DNA of 64,000 nucleotides from Chloroflexota bacterium (lineage in GTDB: Bacteria > Chloroflexota > UBA6077 > FW602-bin22). Both the position numbers and the translations under genes were made by a program. The notes beneath the pieces are model-generated. The model was not told the DNA's origin. It saw only the letters and a list, made by a program, of their open reading frames with translations, and searched no databases. The DNA lies in assembly GCA_016875715.1 (NCBI GenBank), contig VGOZ01000001.1:41690-105689 (forward strand), in the 5' to 3' direction. This document shows, piece by piece, positions 1-8,482 of this stretch. Every line of letters starts with the position of its first letter. Positions within the stretch are counted from its first letter, which is position 1.

Positions 1-716
1 CTGAAGTTCATCCCGTTGATGCCTACTCCCGCAAGATTGGCCCCGGCAACGCTTGACTGATTGAAGTTGGCACCGCCCTGGAGCACGCCCGCTATCGTGG
101 CCTGGGACAGATTGGTCCCGACGAAGTTCGCGCCGGTCATACTCGCGCCCGTAGGCCGGATGCCCATCATGTTCGCGCGATTGAAGATCGTAGAGTTGAT
201 GTTCGCCCAGGCCAGATTGGCGGAGGATAGATCTGCGTTTTCGAGTGAGGCCAGGGCGAATCTCGCCCTGGTCATTTCCGCGCCGATGAGGCTCGCCTGA
301 GACAGGCGAGCCTGAACCAGAACCGCGCCCTCCAGCCTCGCTCGCCGCAGATTCGCACCCTCCAGGATCGCAAGGCGGAGATCGGCCCCACGAAGGTCCG
401 CGCCTTCCAGGGTCGCTCGGCTAAGGTCCACATTCACCAGTGATGTCTGTCGTAGATCAGCTCCGGCGAAATCCGTATCACGGAGGTTGATGCGGAAGTC
501 GACCCCGCGGCAGTTCGCCCCCGCCGCTGGCGCGCAGGCCACTATGGTGCCTCCCCAGAGAACCCTCTTCATCGGGATCAGCGTGTCCAGGGCGACCAGC
601 AGCGCCACGCCGGCCACCGCGATGACAACGATCGCGGTCGCCGCGGGCACGGCCGCGCCCGGCAGAATCCGACCCCACCGCGAGCTCAATGCGAGCGTCG
701 CGCCACCCAATGCCAT
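1..716 (-). CDS. pentapeptide-repeat protein with N-terminal membrane anchor (C-terminus runs off the window)
   Basis: My own minus-strand translation from the ATG at 716 reads MALGGATLALSSRWGRILPGAAVPAATAIVVIAVAGVALLVAL (TM helix). A long run of A(D/N)LxX pentapeptides follows (ADLRQTSLVNVDLSRATLEGADLRGADLRLAILEGANLRRARLEGAVL...). It is absent from the ORF track because there is no stop inside the window. Confidence 0.8.
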   Translation of the reverse strand, partial: MALGGATLALSSRWGRILPGAAVPAATAIVVIAVAGVALLVALDTLIPMKRVLWGGTIVACAPAAGANCRGVDFRINLRDTDFAGADLRQTSLVNVDLSRATLEGADLRGADLRLAILEGANLRRARLEGAVLVQARLSQASLIGAEMTRARFALASLENADLSSANLAWANINSTIFNRANMMGIRPTGASMTGANFVGTNLSQATIAGVLQGGANFNQSSVAGANLAGVGINGMNF

Positions 717-832
717 CGCCGTCCCTCCCCGCAGATGCCCATTCGTGTCCTACGCCCGGGACGTCGTGGCGACAACGGAAGCCGCTGGGCCAACACTCCT
801 AAGAAGGGCATCCTGGCGCCTCGCGTTTCTGG

Positions 833-2992
833 CTAACGTGCCGCCTGACTGGCGTATGTCAGGCCGAACCGGGTGGGTTTGGAGTCCGCGTCGACGCCAT
901 CCATCATGGCAATCCCCGCGTAGACCTCTGTCGCAGGATCCGGCAAACCATAATTGGTAAAGAAGAACCAGCGGTCGATGCCGCGAATTGCTTTGTTTGC
1001 CAGGAGCCAGTCGGTGAGATCGCGAATGAAGAAGTCGAGGCGATCGCTCGCAAGGGGAAACTGGACCGCGGGCTGTCCAGGGTAGCGTGGCTGGATAGGC
1101 AACATGCTGTTACGACAATCGTGTGTGATCGCACCGGTGACCGGGAGCCTGAAGCAATAGTCCTCGTAGCCCCAGATTACTCCCACTTCGGTGATCCAGA
1201 TTGGCGTGCTCGTTGCGCCCAGTACCGTGTTCACGTAAGAGCGGAAGTTGATGATGTTGGACTTCAATGGAGCCGTATCGGTCATCGCCTCGCCCACAGA
1301 CACGCCAGCGCCCGGATGCCAGACGAGGTTATAGAGATGAATCCCCCACGCCTCGGCCGGGGGATTACTCCCGTACTGGTCCAGGTAGGCACCGCGCACC
1401 GCTTCCAGATACTCCAGCCCCTTGGGGAGGCCCAAACATCCAACGCAGGTGGTCGCGTGATTGAACATGTTCCCAGGCACGAAGTTCGCGCTCGGATCGG
1501 CCGCGAGGATCACGTCCCGGTACCGTTTGTACTGCGTCGCGTACTGGCGCGCGTTCGCTTGCAGGTCCTTTGTCGAATCCCAATCCTGGCCCCCCACGTT
1601 CGGCTCGTTGCCGACGATCCACCAGGATCCGCGGCTCTCCTGGGCGAGATTTTGCAGGGTCAGGTCGTGCGACGACGGTAAGACGTGAGGTCCCGTCCGC
1701 AGTAGGTAGACCTGGCCCGGCACACTCGACAGACGTGGTTGGCCGTAGCGGAACCAGCCGCCGATACCGAGTCGATCCCAGGTCCGCTGATACGCGACGT
1801 CATCCCCCGCCCAGAAAGCGATGCCGAAGTGCAGATTGGGGCGCGGCGTGCGGGTGGGTGTCGGCGTACGGGTTGCGGTCTCCGTGGCGGTAGGCGATGG
1901 CGGGGAGGTCGCGCTGGGCGTCGGCGTCGCCGTATGAGTGAGAGTTTCCGTGGGCGTCGATGTCGGCGTCGCCGTCGTCGTGGTCGTCGTGGTCCAGGTC
2001 GAGGTTGGCGTATCTGTCGGCGCAGTCGTCGCTGTGAACGTCGCGGTCGAGTCGGGCGGCGGTGTCATGGTGATCGTCGGCGTTAGAGACTGCGTGGGGG
2101 TCGCCGTCCAGGTGGGCGACGGCATTGGTGTAGACGTCGGGATCGGCGTCCGTGTGACGGTCTCGGTGACGGTCGCGGTCGGGGTGGAGGTTGCCGTCGG
2201 GCTGGAAGTCTGCGTTGGGGTGAGTGTCGCGGTGGGGGACGATGTCGGGGAGACGGTCCTGGTCGGAGAGTGCGTTGCGGTCATCGTTCGCGTGAGTGTC
2301 GCGGTGGATGTCGCCCGCGGGGTGATCGTGGGCGGCAGGACGCGGGTTTGCGTGGCGGTCGGAGTCATCGTCGGAAGTCGCACCGCCACCAGCGCGAGGA
2401 CCGAGAAGTGGCTCGTCGTCGTGGTTGCGATGCCTCGCGCCTCGTCGACGATCGTCGGAAGCGTCTCCCAGGTCGTTCCATCCGAGGATCGCTGGATGGC
2501 GAGTTCGCTCGCTCGCGCGCCGACGCGTGCGAGGTCGGCGGAACTGAACGCGAGGTCGACCGTGACCGGCTGCGCCAGGCTCCGCTGGACTGTACCGCCG
2601 GCGTCCCGGACAACGATCTCCACCGCCAGCAGGCCGCCCACGCCCGGGCTATCGGGGGCACTGGCCGACCGCACGCTCACCTGCAGCGGCACAGCCTGGC
2701 CCTGACCATCTACGAGTGCGGCCGCCGGGACCTTGAGCGATGCGATGCCCCCCGAGGTCGTCACCGTTCCTCCGGATATCTCCACCTGAGCGATCACAGT
2801 CGGGACTGCTGGCGCGCTGATGCCCATCGCGTTGCCCGCCAACGGCACAAGCTGACGGAAGTCGACCGCAGCGGGTGGACGCTGGCGCGTGGTGGCTCCC
2901 GCGGCCTGACCGTGAAGAAGGGTTCCGGCGACGGCGAACGCGCAGGTCGCCCCCACAACGAGGCGTGCGATCCCGGCGGGCGGCCTACTCAT
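833..2992 (-). CDS. secreted glycoside hydrolase-like protein (clan GH-A TIM-barrel motifs) with N-terminal beta-sandwich region and a very long Pro/Thr linker
   Basis: 719-aa ORF with an N-terminal signal-like segment ([16 protein letters not shown]). A roughly 180-aa T/P/S-rich linker follows. The C-terminal domain has [10 protein letters not shown] (NEP acid/base-type motif) and PIWITEVGV (TE nucleophile-type motif), as in clan GH-A enzymes. Confidence 0.6.
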   Translation of the reverse strand: MSRPPAGIARLVVGATCAFAVAGTLLHGQAAGATTRQRPPAAVDFRQLVPLAGNAMGISAPAVPTVIAQVEISGGTVTTSGGIASLKVPAAALVDGQGQAVPLQVSVRSASAPDSPGVGGLLAVEIVVRDAGGTVQRSLAQPVTVDLAFSSADLARVGARASELAIQRSSDGTTWETLPTIVDEARGIATTTTSHFSVLALVAVRLPTMTPTATQTRVLPPTITPRATSTATLTRTMTATHSPTRTVSPTSSPTATLTPTQTSSPTATSTPTATVTETVTRTPIPTSTPMPSPTWTATPTQSLTPTITMTPPPDSTATFTATTAPTDTPTSTWTTTTTTTATPTSTPTETLTHTATPTPSATSPPSPTATETATRTPTPTRTPRPNLHFGIAFWAGDDVAYQRTWDRLGIGGWFRYGQPRLSSVPGQVYLLRTGPHVLPSSHDLTLQNLAQESRGSWWIVGNEPNVGGQDWDSTKDLQANARQYATQYKRYRDVILAADPSANFVPGNMFNHATTCVGCLGLPKGLEYLEAVRGAYLDQYGSNPPAEAWGIHLYNLVWHPGAGVSVGEAMTDTAPLKSNIINFRSYVNTVLGATSTPIWITEVGVIWGYEDYCFRLPVTGAITHDCRNSMLPIQPRYPGQPAVQFPLASDRLDFFIRDLTDWLLANKAIRGIDRWFFFTNYGLPDPATEVYAGIAMMDGVDADSKPTRFGLTYASQAAR
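1840..2380 (-). repeat. low-complexity Pro/Thr/Ser-rich linker coding region (degenerate ACx/CCx codon periodicity)
   Basis: The translation is [79 protein letters not shown]...[10 protein letters not shown]. On the plus strand it appears as gtcggcgtcgccgtcg-type imperfect repeats. Confidence 0.85.
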
Positions 2993-3007
2993 CGCCGTTC
3001 CGGCGCG

Positions 3008-3037
3008 ATCCTAGGTTGCTACCGGCGAGGCGGTCAA
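3008..3037 (-). promoter_or_regulatory. candidate sigma70-type promoter for the hydrolase gene
   Basis: The minus strand reads TTGACC (3037..3032), an 18-nt spacer, then TAGGAT (3013..3008), about 15 nt upstream of the ATG at 2992. It overlaps the 3' end of the epimerase gene. Confidence 0.3.
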
Positions 3038-4023
3038 TCGGCCGACCCCGGATTGCGCCGCCGGTAGAGAGCAAGCCTGTCCGGATCCGCCCGGAACCAC
3101 GCCGTGGTGAGCGCGAATCCCCGCTCGAACGAGGTCGCCGCACTCCATCCGAAATCGCGGCCAATGCGCCGGGCATCGCCCACCCAGGTGGTCGCATCCC
3201 ACGAGCGACCGGGCATGGTCGCCCACCGCGGTTCATCGGTAATGCCCAACTGGCCCCGCGCCACCTCGACTGCGTCGCGCAGGGTCGTGTGTCGACCGCT
3301 GGCGACGTTGTAGATCGCACCGGTCGGAGCGTCGCGCACCGCGCGCATGTAAGCATCGACCGCGTCCTCCACGTAGACGAAGTCGCGCGCGATGTCGGGG
3401 TTCACCAGGGGCGGCAGGCGACCCTCCAGCCCGCGAAGAATCAGGGCTGGGACCAGGCGATTCGGGTCCTCGTAGGGGCCGTAGATCGAATACAGGCGCA
3501 GCGTGACGATGCGCGTTGCCGTGCTCCGGGCCAGGGCCTGCGCGAGAAGGGTGGCGCCGCACTTCGTGGCCGCGTACACGCTCGTGGGTTCCAGCGGGTC
3601 GGCCTCGGAGGTCGGGCGATCCCGCCGTCCGTACTCGGAGGAACTTCCCGTGTTCACGAACGCCTCGACGCCGAGATCCGTGGCGGCACGCAGCAGATGG
3701 GCCGTCCCGACGACGTTTGTCCGAACGATGCGATCGAGATCTGTCTCCCACGAGTAGGCGCCGTGCGCGGCGAGATGGAAGATCCAGCGCGCTTGCGCGG
3801 CGCGCACCGCCAGTGCCACTGCCTTGCCATCGCCCAGATCGGCGACGTGGACCGCGCACCTCGACCAGACGTCGCCCAGGCGCCACGCGGTCTCCGGGGT
3901 GCGGAGGAGGAGGCTGACGGCGTGACCCTCGTCCAGAAGACGCCGCACGAGGTTGGCACCGACGAATCCCGCTCCACCCGAGACAAGGACGCGCTCCGAC
4001 ACTGAATCCCCCGATATGGCCAC
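3034..4023 (-). CDS. NAD-dependent nucleotide-sugar epimerase/dehydratase (SDR family)
   Basis: It has the Rossmann motif VLVSGGAGFVGANLVRRLL and the catalytic YAATKCGA (YxxxK). The in-frame GTG at 4002 (VSERVLVSGG) is a plausible alternative start. Confidence 0.85.
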   Translation of the reverse strand: MAISGDSVSERVLVSGGAGFVGANLVRRLLDEGHAVSLLLRTPETAWRLGDVWSRCAVHVADLGDGKAVALAVRAAQARWIFHLAAHGAYSWETDLDRIVRTNVVGTAHLLRAATDLGVEAFVNTGSSSEYGRRDRPTSEADPLEPTSVYAATKCGATLLAQALARSTATRIVTLRLYSIYGPYEDPNRLVPALILRGLEGRLPPLVNPDIARDFVYVEDAVDAYMRAVRDAPTGAIYNVASGRHTTLRDAVEVARGQLGITDEPRWATMPGRSWDATTWVGDARRIGRDFGWSAATSFERGFALTTAWFRADPDRLALYRRRNPGSAD

Positions 4024-4046
4024 CGGTCGCCCGATCGCCCCTCCCT

Positions 4047-4838
4047 ATGATTGTCGCGATGTCCGGCCGGCAGGTGCGTCGCATCGTGCTCGAGCAGTCC
4101 TTCCGCGCCCGGATCGGTCACATCGGCTCCGCGCTATCCATCGCCGATCTCCTCGCGGTCCTCTACGAGGACGTTCTCCGCGCGTCGGGGCCTCGCGATC
4201 CCGACCGCGATCGCTTCATCCTCTCCAAGGGTCACGCGGCGCTCGCCCTGTACGCGGTACTCCACCTCAGAGGATGGCTCAGTGCCGACGACCTGGCGAC
4301 CTTTGCGGGCGAGGACACCCTCCTGGGCGTCCACCCAGAACACGCGCTTCCCGGCGTGGACTTCTCGACCGGATCGCTGGGCCACGGCCTGTCGATCGGA
4401 GTCGGTGCCGCGCTCGGCGCGCGGATGCTCGGGGTTGCTCGCCGCGTCTTCGTGCTGCTCAGCGATGCCGAGTGCAACGAGGGATCGGTCTGGGAGGCGG
4501 CGATGTTCGCCGCGCACCACCGCCTGGGGGCACTCACCGCGATCGTCGACCTCAACGGGCAGCAGGCGCTCGACTACACGCGCGATGTTTTGGACCTGCA
4601 CCCGCTGGGCGATCGGTGGCGTGCCTTCGGCTGGAGTGTGCGCGAGATCGACGGTCACGATTCCCACCAGATTCACTCCGCTCTCACGGCTCAGGAGGCG
4701 CTGCCCACGGTGGTCATCGCCCGGACCGTGTTCGGACGAGGCGTGTCCTTCATGGAGTCACGCATCCCCTGGCACTATCTGCCGATGTCGGAGGAGCAGT
4801 ATCACCGGGCGCTGGCCGAACTCGCGGCACGGGAATGA
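4047..4838 (+). CDS. transketolase, N-terminal (ThDP pyrophosphate-binding) subunit
   Basis: 263 aa with GHIGSALSIADLL, SKGHAALALYAVL and GSLGHGLSIGVGAA, as in split transketolases. Confidence 0.85.
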   Translation: MIVAMSGRQVRRIVLEQSFRARIGHIGSALSIADLLAVLYEDVLRASGPRDPDRDRFILSKGHAALALYAVLHLRGWLSADDLATFAGEDTLLGVHPEHALPGVDFSTGSLGHGLSIGVGAALGARMLGVARRVFVLLSDAECNEGSVWEAAMFAAHHRLGALTAIVDLNGQQALDYTRDVLDLHPLGDRWRAFGWSVREIDGHDSHQIHSALTAQEALPTVVIARTVFGRGVSFMESRIPWHYLPMSEEQYHRALAELAARE

Positions 4839-5761
4839 GAGCGGCGTTCTTTCGCGCGCTCGCGGACCTGGCGGCCCGGGACGATCGTGTGGTGCTTCTG
4901 ACGGGTGACCTCGGCTTTATGGCGGCAGAGGGGTTTCGCGAGCGCTTTCCGGCGCGATTCTTCAACGTCGGTGTTGCCGAGCAGAACATGGTTGGTCTCG
5001 CCACCGGCCTGGCGGACGCGGGATTGATTCCGTTCTGCTACTCGATCGTCACCTTCGCGACGCTGCGACCGTACGAGTTCATACGGAACGGCCCCGTCCA
5101 CCACGGTCTGCCGGTGCGGATCGTCGGAATGGGCGGCGGTCTCGAGTATGGACTGGCGGGGCCGTCGCATCACGGTCTGGAGGACATCGCGATCATGCGG
5201 GCGCTCCCGGGAATGAGCGTGTTTGCGCCGGCGGATGCCGCCCAGGCGGAGACAGCCGTTGCGGCGACGGCAGCGGTTCCCGGTCCACTCTACCTGCGTC
5301 TGGGCAAAGACGACCGTACGATCGTTCCCGGGCTCGAGGGACGGTTCGCAATCGGGCGACTCCAGACGATCGCGCGCGGATCGGATGCGGCGATCCTGGC
5401 GATGGGCGGCATCGCGCCTGTTGCCGCCGACGTGGCGCGCGCACTGGGCCACCTGGGGGTGTCCGCGACCGTGGCCGTAGTTGCGTCGATCGTTCCGCCG
5501 CCACTCGACGACCTCGTCGCGGTTCTGCGCGATCATCCTCTGGTCGTGACCCTGGAGGCGCACGGACCGGTCGGCGGCCTCGGATCGTTGGTCGCGGAAG
5601 CCGCATCGACGATGGCGCGCCATGGTCGACTGGAGCGTTGCGCGGTTGGGCCGAGCGCGAACAGCACGACGGGCAGTCAGCGTTTCCTCGAGGCACGCGC
5701 GGGTCTCTCCATGGATCGCCTCGTCGCCCGCATCATCGCTGTGCAAGAGTCGGCCGCGTGA
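4835..5761 (+). CDS. transketolase, C-terminal (pyrimidine-binding) subunit
   Basis: The in-frame ATG at 4835 overlaps the upstream TGA (ATGA). The sequence MRAAFFRALADLAARDDRVVLLTGDLGF...FFNVGVAEQNMVGLATGLA is typical. The longer 3953 ORF start is rejected because its N-terminal part is an Arg/Pro-rich shadow of the upstream gene. Confidence 0.85.
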   Translation: MRAAFFRALADLAARDDRVVLLTGDLGFMAAEGFRERFPARFFNVGVAEQNMVGLATGLADAGLIPFCYSIVTFATLRPYEFIRNGPVHHGLPVRIVGMGGGLEYGLAGPSHHGLEDIAIMRALPGMSVFAPADAAQAETAVAATAAVPGPLYLRLGKDDRTIVPGLEGRFAIGRLQTIARGSDAAILAMGGIAPVAADVARALGHLGVSATVAVVASIVPPPLDDLVAVLRDHPLVVTLEAHGPVGGLGSLVAEAASTMARHGRLERCAVGPSANSTTGSQRFLEARAGLSMDRLVARIIAVQESAA

Positions 5762-6612
5762 CCGCTTCGCCGGTTCTCTCGATCGTCCTGCCCGTCTACA
5801 ACCAGGCAGACCACCTGGCGGCGATCGTCCAGGAGTACCGGCGGGAACTCGATCGTCTGCGGCGACCCTGCGAGTTGATTCTCGTGCCGAATGGGTGCCG
5901 CGATCGGTCAGTCGAGATCGCCCACAGATTGGCGGATGCACATGGCGACGTCCGCGTCGCCGAGGCTTCCCGACCGGGTTGGGGGCATGCCGTCCGTTGG
6001 GGCATCGCCGTGGCGCGGGGCGAGATCGTCGGGTATACGAATCTCGCGCGCACCTCCGCGGCCGATCTGACGCTGCTCGCGATCTACGCAACCGCCTACC
6101 CGGAGGTGGTCGTGAAGGCAAACCGTAAGATCCGCGAGGGGATGTCGCGACGACTCGGGGCCTTGCTCTACAACCTCGAGTGCCGGGCGCTCTTTGACCT
6201 TTCCTGCTGGGACATCAACGGTACGCCGAAGTTCTTTCCACGCCGTTTCGACCGCCTTCTGGCACTGCGACGCGACGACGACCTGCTCGATCTGGAGTTC
6301 GCCGTCACTTGCCGTACGGCTGGATATCCCCTCATCGAAGTGCCGATCTTCTCGACCCGTCGCCACGGGGGGCGTTCGACGACGCGACTCACCTCGGCCA
6401 TACGGCTCTATCTCGGTGCACTCGCGATGCGCTGTGGGCCCATCACCACGGGGACTGGCGCCATCCCGCACAGATCACGGGCGCGTGGTGGGACGGTGGG
6501 CGCGTCGATCGAACGCTGCTCGCAGCGCGGGCGCGCGGACCGTGGTGGGACCTGCTTGCGGGTCTCGGCGTTTCGCTGGTCGTGTCGCGGGAGTACGAAC
6601 ACCTCCTTCTGA
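5758..6612 (+). CDS. family 2 glycosyltransferase (polyprenyl-phosphate sugar synthase-like, Ppm1/ArnC/GtrB type)
   Basis: The GTG at 5758 overlaps the upstream TGA (GTGA). The GT-A N-terminus is LSIVLPVYNQADHLAAIVQEY...LILVPNGCRDRS. The convincing sequence ends near RLYLGALAMR (about 6440). The last roughly 55 codons look non-coding, so the C-terminus is uncertain. Confidence 0.75.
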   Translation: MTASPVLSIVLPVYNQADHLAAIVQEYRRELDRLRRPCELILVPNGCRDRSVEIAHRLADAHGDVRVAEASRPGWGHAVRWGIAVARGEIVGYTNLARTSAADLTLLAIYATAYPEVVVKANRKIREGMSRRLGALLYNLECRALFDLSCWDINGTPKFFPRRFDRLLALRRDDDLLDLEFAVTCRTAGYPLIEVPIFSTRRHGGRSTTRLTSAIRLYLGALAMRCGPITTGTGAIPHRSRARGGTVGASIERCSQRGRADRGGTCLRVSAFRWSCRGSTNTSF

Positions 6613-7562
6613 CCCTGGGGGGCGCCGCGTCCGTCGGACAGACCTATTTCCCACTCCCTCACCCGTCCGGGATCGCGCTCGCTCCGGACCGTCGATCTCT
6701 CTTCGTCGCCAGCACGCGCAACCCGAACCAGATCCTCCAGTTCGCGCCGCAGCCGAAGGCCGAAGCGCTGCCGACGGCGCTCGCGCCATCGCGCACCTGG
6801 TTCTATCCGGGCCATCTATACCTGCACGACCTCGCCTTCGTGGCCGGAGTCCTCCACGGCAACGCGGTCGGCCAGAACGCGGTCGTGCGATTCGATGCGG
6901 AGGGGAGCTACGAGCGGTGCTGGTGGCCCCTCAGTATCGAGTCGCTGGGCGAGGATTCGCGCTTCGCGCGCAACCACCTGCAACTGAATTCCATCGCCGC
7001 CGGGCCAGACCTCGTGCGCTCGTGCTTTTCGGCGTCCGCGGCCGTCCCCGGTACCCGCCGCCCCGGCCACCGGAACTTCGCAGTGGATGGCTGCGGCGTG
7101 GTATTCGACGGCGCCACGCGCGTCCCGCTGGTGCGCGGCCTCACGCGTCCCCACTCGGCTCGATTCCATCGTGGTGCCCTCTGGGTCGACAACAGCGGCT
7201 ATGGCGAACTGGTGCGCGTGGGAGACGGTTCGTCCGAAGTGATCGCGCGACTTCCGGGTTGGACGCGCGGCCTCGCTTTCGTCGAGGGCATAGCCTTCGT
7301 GGGGACCTCGCGGGTCCTGCCGCGATTCCGACAGTACGCTCCGGGCCTCGATCTCGCGCGAAGCCGGTGCGGACTGCATGCGGTCGAGATCGCGACTGGG
7401 AGGATCCTGGCCAGCATCGAATGGCCAGGGGGGAATCAGATCTTCGCGATCGAGATTGCTCCGGCAGACTGGCGGTTCCCGTTTCAGGGCGCGCGCGCCG
7501 TTATCACTGAGGCGCAGCGACGCTTTTTCTACACTCTCGCGGCCCTGGAGAGGCGAGTGTGA
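6309..7562 (+). CDS. TIGR03032-like conserved protein of unknown function
   Basis: Motifs GVSLVVSREYEHLLLTLGG, RPHSARFHRGALWVDNSGYGEL and LPGWTRGLAFVEGIAFVGTSRV match my recollection of the TIGR03032 family. Convincing coding starts only at about 6440-6470. There is no in-frame ATG/GTG/TTG between 6309 and 6582, so the start is unresolved. Confidence 0.55.
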   Translation: MPYGWISPHRSADLLDPSPRGAFDDATHLGHTALSRCTRDALWAHHHGDWRHPAQITGAWWDGGRVDRTLLAARARGPWWDLLAGLGVSLVVSREYEHLLLTLGGAASVGQTYFPLPHPSGIALAPDRRSLFVASTRNPNQILQFAPQPKAEALPTALAPSRTWFYPGHLYLHDLAFVAGVLHGNAVGQNAVVRFDAEGSYERCWWPLSIESLGEDSRFARNHLQLNSIAAGPDLVRSCFSASAAVPGTRRPGHRNFAVDGCGVVFDGATRVPLVRGLTRPHSARFHRGALWVDNSGYGELVRVGDGSSEVIARLPGWTRGLAFVEGIAFVGTSRVLPRFRQYAPGLDLARSRCGLHAVEIATGRILASIEWPGGNQIFAIEIAPADWRFPFQGARAVITEAQRRFFYTLAALERRV

Positions 7563-8482
7563 CGGAAGATTTTCGACTGTTGATGATCGGTGCGATGTAT
7601 GAGAACGGGGGGAATACGACCCACCGATTCCTCGATGGTCATCCCGATCTGGCAGTTTACCCATTTGAGTCACAACTGGGTACGCGACATGTCGGTGATC
7701 TTCTGGCTTCGATGTTTCCGCTCAAGTATCGATGGCCGGAGTTTCTCCTGGGCGCGAGCGCCCACGACGACTATCGCGCCATCATCGACGAGGAGTGCAA
7801 GGTCCGGGCACGCACACCTCAGGTGAGCAGGTTCCGCGATCGACCCTTCGTCTTCTCGGACGACGATCGACGGGATCGGTTTGTCGATCTCGTCGCCGGA
7901 GCGCCGCGCTCGCGGGGGAGAAATGTCGCGGCCTTCTTCCAGGCCACTTTCGACGTCTGGCGCGATCACCATGCCGAGACCGATCGCCCGATCTACGTGG
8001 GGTACAGTCCGATTGTCACGGTCGACTACGAGAAGATCCTTGGCGACCTGCCGGAAGCGCGCATTCTCCACGTGGTGCGCAATCCCTGGTCGGCGTACGC
8101 AGACACCTGTCGTCGGCCGGTTCCGCTCAGCCTTGCCGACTATATGCTCGGATGGACTACCTGCCAGCACGCCGCGCTGGTCGCGGCGGCCCGCCACCCG
8201 GCGCGCGTCCACGTGCTTCGGTTTGAGGATCTCGTGGCCGATCCGGCCGGTACCCTCACGAAGGTGCTCGCCACAGTGGGCGTGGCGGGTGCGCCGGCAC
8301 TTGCCTACCCGACCTGGAACGGGCACCGCCTCAACGAGGTGTACCCGTGGGGCACGATCCGCCATGCCACGGTGGAGGCGAATCGGTCGACCGCATTCGA
8401 GCTCTCTTCCGCGGTGCGGTCCGATGTGACGGCTCGAGCTGGATTGTTTCTGGACGCGCTGGATTACCGTTCATTCCTGTGA
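7559..8482 (+). CDS. sulfotransferase family protein
   Basis: The GTG at 7559 overlaps the upstream stop. It has a PAPS 5'-PSB-like N-terminus (LLMIGAMYENGGNTTHRFLDGHP), a 3'-PB-like ILHVVRNPWSAYAD, and the family-typical LRFEDLVADPAGTLTKVLATVGV. Confidence 0.7.
   Translation: MTEDFRLLMIGAMYENGGNTTHRFLDGHPDLAVYPFESQLGTRHVGDLLASMFPLKYRWPEFLLGASAHDDYRAIIDEECKVRARTPQVSRFRDRPFVFSDDDRRDRFVDLVAGAPRSRGRNVAAFFQATFDVWRDHHAETDRPIYVGYSPIVTVDYEKILGDLPEARILHVVRNPWSAYADTCRRPVPLSLADYMLGWTTCQHAALVAAARHPARVHVLRFEDLVADPAGTLTKVLATVGVAGAPALAYPTWNGHRLNEVYPWGTIRHATVEANRSTAFELSSAVRSDVTARAGLFLDALDYRSFL

Noticed and set aside
1840-2380. A possible CRISPR or tandem-repeat array, suggested by the periodic gtcggcgtcgcc-type sequence.
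   Set aside because: There are no defined repeat/spacer units. The periodicity is codon-level (Thr/Pro codons) inside an intact ORF.
1938-2705. A 255-aa plus-strand ORF (Val/Gly-rich) and several other ORFs overlapping the 833..2992 gene.
   Set aside because: It is the antisense shadow of the Thr/Pro linker codons (ACC/CCG read as GGT/GTC). The composition is monotonous, there are no motifs, and it is fully contained in a gene with clear domain signatures.
3953-4834. The N-terminal 294 codons of the 602-aa ORF 3953..5761, which would make one long fused transketolase.
   Set aside because: This part is Arg/Pro/Gly-rich junk lying out of frame over the well-supported N-terminal transketolase subunit gene. 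The C-terminal subunit begins at the ATG at 4835 with a typical ATGA overlap.
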